Source of the DNA: Halocafeteria seosinensis
Lineage: Eukaryota
Assembly (NCBI GenBank): GCA_001687465.1
Contig: LVLI01000950.1
Location: 1-42,273 of the forward strand
Direction: 5' to 3'
Length of the DNA: 42,273 nucleotides
Below are positions 22,001-33,600 of the stretch, in pieces. The notes under the pieces are model-generated. The model saw only the letters and a list, made by a program, of their open reading frames with translations, did not search any database and had not been told where the DNA came from. The position numbers and the translations under genes are program-made. Each line of letters opens with the position of its first letter. Position 1 is the first letter of the stretch.

Positions 22001-24827
22001 TGACGTTTTTTGCGCAGTTAACGGTGTTCGGGATGATGAAATCCAAAGCATTTGGCTAGAACCTACCATCAATGTCCAGTTTTTTGCTCCAGGTGAACCT
22101 GATAACTTCCGAACGGAGCAGTATAATTTATGGGATTTAGGCAACTTCTACATCACCTCTGCCACCGTGTTCGCCGACCTTAGTAAAGATGAGCTGATAT
22201 CTGCTGAAACGTTACCCGTGTGGAGATTTCTGATGGACAATTCTGTTAAGGTGGTTTTGGAGGCGTTCGAGGAGCATGTGAGCGCCTTCGATGAATATAA
22301 CCAGCAGACGTCCAGGGATTCCAACATATTACAAGGCGCTATACTGTCGGTCAAAGCCCTAGTAACAATATGCTTAGCTGTGTTCGTGTTTCGCCCAGCC
22401 ATTCATGCCGTGCGCAAAGCGAAGCGTGGGTTGCATAAGATCGTGGAGCGAATACCAAGGCGCATCATCAAGTTCTTTCAGAAACGGTTTAGGGCGATCT
22501 CAAGGATTTATTCAAATATGGAAAATGCAGATGAGGATACGAAGATTCAGCTTGAGCAAAAGCTCCAGGAACCGAAACTCCGAGATCTCTCCAAAATCTT
22601 GAACAAGAGCGCGGGAACTTCTCCAGGATCAAAGGCGAATACAAGCACGCTATTTTCGAAAAACGCTGTAATCAGCTCCCAGCGGACTGTAGCATTCAGT
22701 GAAGTTGTGGGAACTTCGCAGACCCAGGCATCCTCGCATGCGACGGATACAGCTCCTTCGCAAAATCATGATTGTATCAATCCGCAAGGAAGAGGAAAGG
22801 AATTTGAGATTCTGGACACTGTTTCCTCGTCTGGTCAGGAGCGCTCAGTGCAGCGTCAACACTCCGGTGCATCGCAAGATGAAATCAATTATGATGAGGC
22901 ACTCGTCCGAGGCGGACCGGAAGAAAATCAGGAGGTGAAGGAAGAAGATGTCGGGAATGACGCCATCCGCGACGCCCAGATGGAGGAAATAATGGGCAAC
23001 GTAGACAATACTGTTGACGACGAACTTGGTGGAAATGAAGAAAATGTTGCCGAAAATTATGGGGAAGAGGTAGTCGGCGAAGATGGGATCAAGAGAGTTG
23101 TCGACAAGACCGGACTCTTATTGCCGAAGCTCAGCTCTCATAACTTGAGCTTATACGATGAAGTTACCGGACAAACTGTACAAAACAATACAGACGAAAA
23201 TGAAGTGGACTCGCACGTAGTTGCCGCTTCTTCAAATGCCAGCGGTAGACCCCGCGACATGTCCTCACAACACCCCGAGAACGATGAGAATGATGGTAAC
23301 GAAAGCGACGAGAATAATGGTGTCGAACCGGAAGAAAACGAACGTCCGGAAGGCGCCCCTAAAGACGTGACTGGTGCAGACGGCGAAGACGAACAGGATG
23401 AAGTACCAAATGGCTCTCATTCTATTGGGTCTAACAATGTTGCAGAGGAAAATCGCCAACCCTTAAGCGAACCCGAAAACGACCAGCAGCAGGATAATTT
23501 TCCGGATTTACCGAACGCAGTTCCCGCTTCCGTCGAAACGAAGCATGCGTTCAGTTCGAAGAAAGGACGGGTTTTTCCCACCACCCTCATTCCGGAAAAG
23601 GACAACGAAGGGCCTGAATTTCAGGTTGAGCATATGGAGAGCTTGGATTCTTCGAAGTCTAGAGACGCTGATGAAAATCAAAATGCCGATGAAGTCGCCA
23701 GCCGCATGGGGCTCGTCGGGTTAAAACCGTTAAAGGAAACAAAACCGGCGGAGCGGAAACCCGAGGAAGATGACAACAAGAAGTACAAAACTGCTACAGA
23801 CACGGGATTTAATGTTGACAACGAGGAAAATTCCGGGGAAGTTTGTCAGCTCGGTTCCTCCAGCCGCCAAGCCCAAAAGCGGGCACTATCCAACATAAAC
23901 CTCTTCAAACTAATATTCAAGTCTGACTGCTCTGACGATGAAAGACATATTCGAAATTTGGTTGTGAAGGTGGCAGTTAGTACTATTGTGTTGTGTCTCT
24001 TGTATCTGGGGAATTTCTTTATCACTTTCGAAGTCATGCAACAAGGAAGTTTCACAGGTTCTGAGGTGAACCAGGCCGAGAGAAGGATCTTTCTTTCGAG
24101 TGAACTCGTTAACCTTGCTCAGGAACTGTTAATTGGAGATGGTGAGTTATTCAAGTCTGTCAATGCAACGCGTGATCGGTCAGAGCGGCGAATGGGACTA
24201 CTACGTACGGTCCACGAAGGGATCCGCTTCGGCAACTCAACACTTAACCTTCCTGGGACCGACCGACGAGGTGGCAAAATAGACGATTTACAATATGACA
24301 GGGGTCCCAGCGCTTTCAATATCACGAACGATCCATATGGAGAGACTCTGTTTTCCCAAGGAGTTTCGACAGGGATACGCTTTCTGATACAGGCAATGGA
24401 GTTGGTCCTCGGGCGGTACGGGGATATAACAGTTGTCGGGGAATTCGGAGATCCAACCTCGTCTCGTCCAGGAAGGAACCTGACTGAGTTACAGCGCGTT
24501 TCGAACTTCCAGTTCATGAAGCGACTTGATCGCCAACACCTAAGACCCGGCTTACGGGAAGCAGGAAGCGAATTCATCGATCGCGGCTTTAACACGCTTG
24601 AAGAACTTCAGATCTACGAGCTTCTGATGTTCTTGGCAGACCTTCTACTGTATACGATTCTGTGTGCAACGATATACCGGACGATGTCCAAAGAATTGCT
24701 GGACGAAGGGCAGCGAAGCGAAGACGTATTACTCTTGATTCCCCCAGAAGTTGTGGAGAAAACAAAGGGGCTTCATATCTTCTTCAAAGGAAATTCTGCA
24801 ACGGGTTTAAGTGGAACGGACTTCTAG
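19028..24827 (+). CDS. TmcB/TmcC (tiny macrocysts)-like multi-pass membrane protein with TPR-like region
   Basis: Multi-exon N-terminal TM region (IWPLKLLR, FIPI, DDNPLS..AKPLGR, LPYY), TPR-like helices (LNAALRVYPDSVFVRVVYS; AENAYLALLEKYPSNKMVLRSYGLF), two TM-flanked modules and a C-terminal LLLIPPEVV. Family recognised from motif memory. Confidence 0.75.
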
Positions 24828-25013
24828 CCCAGTTCGTAGACATTAGGTGGAAGGAGCTGGCTTGACCACGCCGTCAGCAACCGAGATGATACATCGTCGC
24901 CGGAAGTCTTCTTAACATCGGAACAGAAGCGCGTAAACTCATATCACGCACATAATAAACTTGTCAGTGAAACTGGTACGTCTTCTACACCACTGATCAC
25001 AAGAAGCGCTCTG

Positions 25014-26025
25014 TCACGAGTCTTCAGGGTCACTGTCATCTTCTCCCACGTAGGAGCCTTCTGTCTCATACTTGGAGATATCGACCTCATCCTTGTAAAA
25101 CTGTAACTGTACAAGGGCCGTATATATTTGATCCAAGAGAAACTGAACGCATTGGTCTGCTGTTGACACATCGAAGCCTTTGAGCTCTCTGGGACTCATT
25201 CGGCTGTAGAGGGCCAAAGTCTGCAGTCACGGACACCTTGTAAACGAGTGCGTAAATAAAGAGACACTTGGGAGTACAAAAACGAACATATTTCTTTTCT
25301 GGCCCAAACGACAGCATCGTGAGTAAATGTTGGCTACCCTTAATATGAATAGCGGCACAATCATTTTGTACCATTTGATTACCTGCACTTCCACGTCACG
25401 GTAGAGTCGACCGAATGCATGAAGTTGGCCTTACAGCACAAAAAAACTACGTAACTTACTCAATTCCAGACTGCTGTTCTTCACAGAAGCTATTGGATAG
25501 AGTAAGTGATAGTTTGAACGATCGCTGTCGTTCACCACCGCCCTGCCAAATGGTTTTGAAACAGTCTTAAGCCTCGAGGAATTGTAGTGGGAGGAATTCC
25601 ATATATCCGTTTCGTCAGGCCACTTACCAAACCTTTCCCGTAGGTCCAATTATGGCAATAAAGTAACTTCCGGGGTACCAGTCGGACACTCGACGCATTT
25701 CACGTTGTAATAAAAGGGTCTGGTTGACAATTCTGGCATTTTCCTCCCATTTCCGGCCACCACATACTCGAGCCATACACGATGAACGCGTCTTTTTCTT
25801 TCGAGTTTTTTCGCCCGTGAAGTTCCCCAGATCCTCCTTCCTCGTATTAGGGTTCAGAGACGAGCTCCGGAACACCATAGCGTCTAAATGAGGATGGTCT
25901 GGTTCATCATCGTCCCGTCGCCTTCGGCTCGCCATCGGAAGATGGGCACTCAGAGGTGTCGGAGAGCTACTGCCTCCCATGGAAGGCGCCCGGCCATGGC
26001 GCCCTCCTTTCAGTGACTTTCTCAT
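25014..26025 (-). CDS. Hypothetical protein, possible Roadblock/LAMTOR-like fold
   Basis: Four exons join in frame: ...YFIAIIGPTGKVW|LKTVSKP...IASVKNSSLEL|SNQMVQNDCAAIHIKGSQHLLTMLSFGPEKKY|TLALYSRM...DSDPEDS*. The first intron (25573-25627) needs a GAG acceptor. Confidence 0.6.
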
Positions 26026-26160
26026 TACTCTTTTCCCCTAAAGCGACAGAGTAGATTATCAAAACCAGAAGACTTGTATAGACTGGAACAAAAACGATTG
26101 ATTGTAAAGGTCGCTATTATAGATAGTTAATATGCTTCACAATATAGAAGGTTGCTTTGG

Positions 26161-26233
26161 GTCGCCGTGGTCTAGCGGTTAGGACGCCAGCTTTACACGC
26201 TGGAGACCGTGGGTTCGAACCCCACCGGCGATA
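26161..26233 (+). tRNA. trnV-TAC: tRNA-Val (anticodon TAC), intronless
   Basis: Cloverleaf: acceptor GTCGCCG/CGGCGAT, anticodon stem CCAGC/GCTGG with loop TTTACAC, T arm GTGGG-TTCGAAC-CCCAC, discriminator A; internal A and B boxes. Confidence 0.96.
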
Positions 26234-26236
26234 CTG

Positions 26237-26246
26237 TTTTTTTTTT
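26237..26246 (+). terminator. RNA polymerase III terminator (T10) of the tRNA gene
   Basis: Run of ten T beginning 3 nt after the discriminator base. Confidence 0.85.
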
Positions 26247-26425
26247 ATTCCTCGTCAAATATATGTCCGCAAGCTTTGTACTTTTCAGTTGGCCCGGAAA
26301 CAGAACGATGGATGGAAAGTAGAAAAATGCTCCATGTTGTATTATTTTTGTTTTCCAGTTCTGAAGAAGGGTGTGTGGTGGGCTATCTGTCACATTTGTG
26401 TGTGTGCCTACTGTCCCAGAACAAT

Positions 26426-29400
26426 TCAGGCACCATTGACCGAGTCTTTTTGCAAAAGCGAAGAGCGCAATAACCGGCTGGTGTCCTTTTCGTCTCTGCA
26501 GAGAACGTGATATACACCATGGGGAAGTGTACATAGGCTTATCGTTGAGATATTTATACGTACCCTGGGTCGTGTTCCTTCGAAATTTGACGGGTCACGA
26601 GCCCAGGAGCAGCTCCACGTTCTTCTTCCTGTTGTGCCGCGAAATAGTTGAACACCTGCTCGAGGGAAGTTTGCGATAAAGCGTATTCCCGTATATTATA
26701 CTCTCCTCGAGCATGCTCCAGTAATTCAAACATACGAGACAACCTCATGTCCTGGGGAGGAACCCTGAAACTTAGCAAGGTACCCTGCCGCTCAATCAAT
26801 TCACTGTTTTGAAATTTTCCTCGGACAAAAGAGGAAACATCCTTGATCTGCTGCTCTTCGGCCCACCATTCACTGAATTCTTTGATTGAGACGTCGTGGT
26901 CTGGAGATCCGTCAATGCTAGAACGAATCATCCATCCTGTACCGTCCATGTTGACCTCATCCAGCATAGCAGCATCACCGAGCGCATCACACACTGCAGA
27001 TAAATGGGATTCATAAATACTGTTTACTCTGCCAACGGCTACTTTAACCCTTTCCTGTACCCTGGACAAATCTTCTTCTTTGGGGCTATCGACTTTGATC
27101 CTCATTTGGAAGCCTTGGGCATGGGTATTCTTGATGTGCTGGATAGATCCTAAGCATCTCAACCGACCGCCGACCATGATACCTACACGAGTGGCTAATG
27201 CTTCACATTCCTCCATGGAATGTGTTGTCAAAACGATGGATGCTTCTCTCCGCGTTGTAGCGATATCAGCAATTACATCCCACATAACGCGCCGTGTCAC
27301 CGGGTCCATACCTGTGCTCGGTTCATCGAGGAAGAGTATTGGTGGATTCCCAATCAACGCGATAGCGACCGAGAGTTTGCGTTTGTTTCCTCCCGAGAGC
27401 GATCCGGCCCTTTTGTTTTCGAATTCGGCTAGGCTTAGTTGCCGGATTTTTGCTTGCACCACATGTTCAATCTCATCGTCCAGAATCCCCTGCAGGAGTC
27501 AATAATTCAGCATAGATAACGTCGAAGCACACGATCAACATATATTCCGCGTACTTTAATTCTGGCGAATAATTCCAGATGCTCTCGCACGGTTAGCAAT
27601 TCAAGTAAAGCTTCAAATTGAGGACAGTATCCCAAAAGAGTACGAAGGTGGTTTTGTTCTGAAATTATATCGTAACCCGCTAGTCGAGCCTTCCCTGAAG
27701 TCGGAAGTATATCTCCAGTTATCATTTTCTGCATAGCACATCTCAAACCCATGAACATAGTGGATTCAACGTCCTATAATAACCATATTTCCACTTACCA
27801 GTGTACTGGTCTTCCCCGCGCCATTGATTCCAAGGAACCCAAATACCTCTCCCACTGGAACGCCGAAACTAATATCGCGTACGGCAACTTTTCCTTCCGG
27901 ATATACTTTGCGGAGATGCTGCAGCAGAATGGCATCATTATCGGGAGAATAACGATCTCCTTGCTGATCGCAACGCTCTGCTTCCTTCGCCACATCTGGA
28001 TCAATCTCTTCAGGGAGAATAGGACGCTCACTCGCAGGTTTAGGGTTTCGTTGGAGCATTAACAACACATCGGGACGACTCAACAGATAATCAATAGCGA
28101 CGGCCAAGCCAAAGTATACAAACGTAAGTATAACCATATACAGAACGTTTGGTAAGGCAGAGTTCCACTCTAGTGCCGTTAAAGGAGCTGCAACGGTACT
28201 GCTTTCCCCGTGGCCGCATGTGGTCATCTGTCGAAGTGCCGAGAGAAAGGCAAGATCAACAAGACCGTTTCCTAATGCAAAGCCAGGAAACAAGAGGTAG
28301 AGGTATTTCAGTCCTTCGTTTGCCTCGCAAGTTGAGGATACCTGGCTCATGATAAACGATGCGAGGACCAAGATCATAGCTAGCATGTTGATGAATAACA
28401 CGAAGTTTTGGGCAGAGCTGTAACTCTTGAAAAGATATGTTAAGCAGTAAGTGAATCCACTGACAGAGCTTCCATAAAAGATCAACAGGAGAAACAGCGC
28501 CAATAGACGTGAGCGCTCGGTGGATATCAGCTCCTGAACATCAAAAACTGCCATCAAGATGATGGTTCCAAACATAGGCAGCAAGTATGAAGTGAAGTCC
28601 CATACAAACGTAGAGATCCAGTAGGCAGGAATAGACACACCAGATATCAGTTGCTGGTGTTTTGCTGCAATTTCCCTCTCTTTGACCAGGAAGATGGCAT
28701 ACGAGGCTGGAATGAAAGCAAATGCCAACACGATAATCAAGGCGGCTGAGAAGCTTCCTATCCCGCTGATCATCGTAGCTTGTCTTCCAGTAAACGGAAG
28801 GGGGTGGTTTCTGGCAGTAATTGGCAAGGAACCTGACTCGTCTCTTGTGCGAGCGTAAAACGCCGAATTCATCAGATTCATAAAAATAGGGCACGCGTGA
28901 AACGCAGTTGTATTCTGCTGAACAATGTATGAAAGCACATTTGTCTCATTCAAGAAACTGTCCACGGGGAAATTGTCCTCCACCACGGGAGCATAGGCCC
29001 CGTACATACTGGCTTCATGATCATTGCTTTCATGCAGTATGCTAGTGCTGAAGTTGACAAGGGCTTTGTATTGTTGCAAACTGGGATAGCGTGAAGGATC
29101 CAGTTGTCCTAGTCCAAACGTATCCGAATAAAAGCTGAAAACGTCACTCTGTGCCCGAGCATCCTCCGCATTGTATACCAACTTCGTTGCGTTCTCCTCT
29201 GGAATTTTCCAGATAGTTGCGTTGAAGTCTTCAGACACATTAAGCTGGTGCTTGTCCCAAACAAAGTTAACATAAGGGATCCGATTCTGTAAGACGGTGC
29301 CGTCTGGCTGGATGTTGAATTTTGCGGTAGAAAGCTCATAATTTGGGAAGCTGCTAATTTGCCCGGCACGGATCAACACGAGTCCAAATAGTACGGCCAG

Positions 29401-32400
29401 GATGGGAACCACAAGTTGAAAGCAAGCCGCTTTAGCATCCCGGTTGTAATAATGGAAGCGTTTCAAAAAGAGCGCCTTGAAATGCCGCATAAATGAGTCT
29501 TCGACTAGTGTTCTAGCATGTTGCCGAACTTGCTCCACAGATAGTCCTTCAGCAGTGTAGACGTCGTTGCCGATCATAGGGTTGACAAGGGGGGTAGTGT
29601 CGTCCGGTACTCTTTCTGTGCTTTCACTGTCGATTGTCTTATTTGATGCTTCACACAGAGGGTTAGTGAACGTTGTTTGCACAGCCTCTGCTGGATCTTC
29701 ATCCTGAGCCACTCTAAGAAATACTTCCTCCAAAGTTGTCGCAGAAAGTCCGTATGTCTCAATACCATAAAATTCCAAGTTTTCATCCAATTGCGAGAGA
29801 ATGTCAGGAAACTTGGTACACGCTGCCATAGGCAGCCTTAGCGAGAGCTCGGTTCCCACTTCGGAATGTACTTCTGCCTGAGGGATATGACGTTTAACCA
29901 TGTTGACCAACTCACCGTGTCCCACTTTCCCCGACTTCTTAACTGCTGTCAATAGGTAACTGCGGAAAATAACACTCGACAGAACAAAATCTGAATGTGT
30001 GTTACAAGGGACAAGTGAGCCGGCTACTTACCCGACACCATACTTATGCTTAAGAAACATTCCACTTCCGCAGCATTTGAGTTTACCGTGTGCCAGGATA
30101 CTAATTCTATCGCCTGGTGTCACATAGTTCTTAGGCTAAAGTCCCACTTATACACTAGCATTTAAATAGCAACAAGCTTACCTAGAATGTCGGCCTCATC
30201 CATAAAATGTGTCGTCATTAGAATTATTCGGTTGCGACGAGCATTTTGAATGATGTCCCAGGTCGACCGTCTAGAATACGGATCCATTCCGGAGGTCTGC
30301 AGGCAATCCAGGAACAGCAATGGAAAAATTTACGGAGGTAGCATAGTTGGACTAATTTCTACTCACTGGCTCATCCAAAATAACAACTTTGGAGTCGCCA
30401 ATCAAAGCAATAGCCACCGAAAGTTTACGTTTTTGTCCACCGGAAAGCTGTTTCGATTGGACCCTAATTTTCTCGGTCAGGCCAACCTCCTGGATAATAT
30501 CTCGCACGACTGCCTCCACTTCGGTTTCTGGTACCTCTTTGAGTCCAGCGTACAATTGCAAATGCTCCTCTACTGTTAAGTTGTCCCAAAGCACATCATG
30601 CTGAGGACACACTCCCAGATATTTCCGAATTGAGTCCAGGTCTTCAGTAACATCCTCGTCGTAGATTTGCATGTGTCCCGATGTAGGGGCAAGCATACCC
30701 GTGAGCATTGATATTGTAGTGGTCTTTCCAGCTCCATTGTGCCCCAGGAGTACAAAAACTTCACCTTCGTGCATATTCATGCTTAGGTCATCAACGGCCA
30801 CCTGGTCCCAGTAATACAGCATCATACACGATGTGTCCACAATTCAAGGTTAAGAACAATAAAACAAACGTACTTTCAGGTCATTTCCGGAGTCAAATTC
30901 TTTCCTTAATCCTTGAATTCTGACTGCCTTATTATCTCTTTCCTTTGCGAGAAGCTCATTGCTGACAGGTTCCACAAACTCATTGGTGTTAGCCATTTCA
31001 TTCGTCGTCAGCATATTAACATCTTTGCTATGCTTGTGGGACCTGCTTCCACAGGAACACAGACGCTGCCAGTACCTGGGGGTCAAACAGAAGTAAGGGG
31101 GACGGCGAACCCCATATTCACGCGGCCATACATTGTCGAAATACCAAGCCAGCACGAGATATAATATCGTATCCACGAACATCATGGCGACACCCAGTGA
31201 ATACGCGTAGTTTCGGAAGTTCAGAGTGGCGTTTTCCCCAAAGCGGACGCCTTGCCCCCGATCTTCGAAATCCGAAACTACAACTACTGTTTGGGCAAAC
31301 GCCGTCGGCGATAGCAAAGAGGCTAGCATCTTTATCGAAAGAGCATGCGTGGGTCCTTGGACAGCATAGAACGGGAAGAAAGCCCCAAAATAAAGCAACA
31401 CGCCAACCGTTGCACCAGTTTTTGCACGGTTGAAAAACACCGCTACCAGGAAACAGAACGCTGTGGTTGATATCCCAAAAAACAAGAACATCAGGAGGAG
31501 CGCAAAGAAATCTGAATGGGAAAAAAAAGAAACCACTGTAATTATCGAAATCACCACGCTGACAACTAAGAAGACAAGCGCGTAGGTAAGAAACCACGAG
31601 GAGTATAGAGAGGTTACTCCCAACCCCATCATTTGCATTCCTTCCCGAATCTTGTTCTCTTTCTCCATTACAATCCCTCGGATTAGTGAGCTTGTTGGAG
31701 CCAGAAATGTAATAAGAAGAAATATTGGGAGCACATTGGCAACAATGGTGTAAAACACGTTTGATGTGAACCCTTTTGCTGGAAAAGGAGCCATACGCAC
31801 GATTTGAGGTGCATACATTTCTCCATTTAAGGCATGCTGCGGTGAAGCATACGGGGCGAAGTTTGTGAGAGGCCAGCCACTCGCTGAAATATCACACTCT
31901 GGACGAACGAACCTTCATCGACTGAAGGGCATGGCCCGCAGGGAATGGCACGTCTACACTCGGTAAGACAACGGTGGCCCTCTGCCATAAGTTTCCGAAA
32001 CTGAAAGCAAAGGATAATTGGTGTCACGGGTTAAGATACACTATTATGGTAGAACATTTCGGCACTCACAATTGAGGGTTTACTGCCGATGAAGGGATCG
32101 TTTTGTTGATAATAAAGCGATCAACCATCCTTTGAAGCGTCAGAAAACCGGGTAGGGATGAATCAAACAAAGGCTGATAGGTATCACCGTCCCCAAAAGG
32201 AGATTGAACACTGTCATTTCACTTAAGATAAAAAACCTTCAATCATCTTTCAGTGGATAACCGATCCTTGGAAGATGTTCATACCTCAGGTAATCGAATT
32301 CATAATTGAGTTGTACATCCCGTTGTAGGATATCTACATTTTGGTTTGTGCTTGGAGTAGCTGAAATATTCATCCGGATAGCATAATCCCAATGAGGCTC

Positions 32401-33034
32401 ACGGTGATTAAACACGATAGCAGCGAAAATCTGCGTTCAAACAAGAAACGAGCGAGGGTGGTTCGTCTGTATAACTGAGTTACGACTGCAAAATACATAC
32501 GGTCTTGTCCTCTGGGTTCGTGGCGTAGCTGTCCGATTTGATTTCGTCTTCAAAGTCCTTTTGGTTATTGTAAATCTGGGCGATTTCCGAGAATTTGGGG
32601 ACGATTTTGCTCACGCCAGAGGGCCACGGCTCTGTACTATCCTCGCGGATAAATTCCGTGAGGTTGACACTGGGGTGCATTTCATCCATTTTGTCCAGAA
32701 ACTCCTGTAAGAATTCCTTATCCACTTCATCAGTTCCTGGGGCCACAGCAATCTTCATATTCATCACTTTGAGTCTCAAAGAGGTGAATCCAAAGACATC
32801 AACAAGGCGATTCGGGTCGGCTATCGCTATACTGGTACCATCGGATCGATCAACGAGGTATTGCTGTGTTTTGGTACGAGTGTCGTCAATAAATGAGTAC
32901 ACCAGGACCAAGATACCGATGAGAACCACCGGCATAAGGATCTCGCATAGTGTCCCATAGGGCGAACGCTTCTTGAGAATGTAATTCTTGCGCAACAGGA
33001 GCCCTGTTTGCCTCAAATAGGTTCCCCCGAACAT
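26426..33034 (-). CDS. ABCA: Full-length ABC transporter, subfamily A (copy 1)
   Basis: N-terminal [33 protein letters not shown]1 [27 protein letters not shown]2 [33 protein letters not shown]. About 11 GT-AG introns; last exon 26426-26495. Confidence 0.95.
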
Positions 33035-33600
33035 GATATCGGGAAATTCCGAAGGAAAAAAACACGGCTCGGGAAGGGGGGAAGGGAGGTTGCAAAGAAA
33101 CGGAAGCAAGAAAAGAAAGGGATGGAGCACGGAAAAGAAGAATTCTTCTTATGAGTGAGCAGAATTCTTGTTGCAGTTCGAGTGACACACAATCCCCCAT
33201 GGAAATACCCTCCTGAAACTTGTGAAGCTCATACCCCAGGAATCCAGGGTGTGTCTCCGGCGGAGAATCTCGCGTCCTGCAACTGACACCTCCCGATAAT
33301 TCATACCCTCAGAACTTTAGACTCGGTATCATTGAGACTTAAAAACAAGGCAAGAAAGTAACATAGAACGATAGACATAGTAGTGATGGGGGAGACAGTG
33401 TCAGCTGCTGCCGCAAGCAGGATCCAAGGGCATTGCGACAGCAGCACAGCAACCGCCAGCTCTAGAATCCGTGGGTGCAAACTCCTCAAAGAAGAAGACG
33501 TGTGTAAAGCTATTGATATTCTCTGCTGATCGAGACGCCACTGTGGTTGAAACCGATCTAAATAGGGAACCGTCTTCAACCGTTGCGGTATCAAGTTCGC

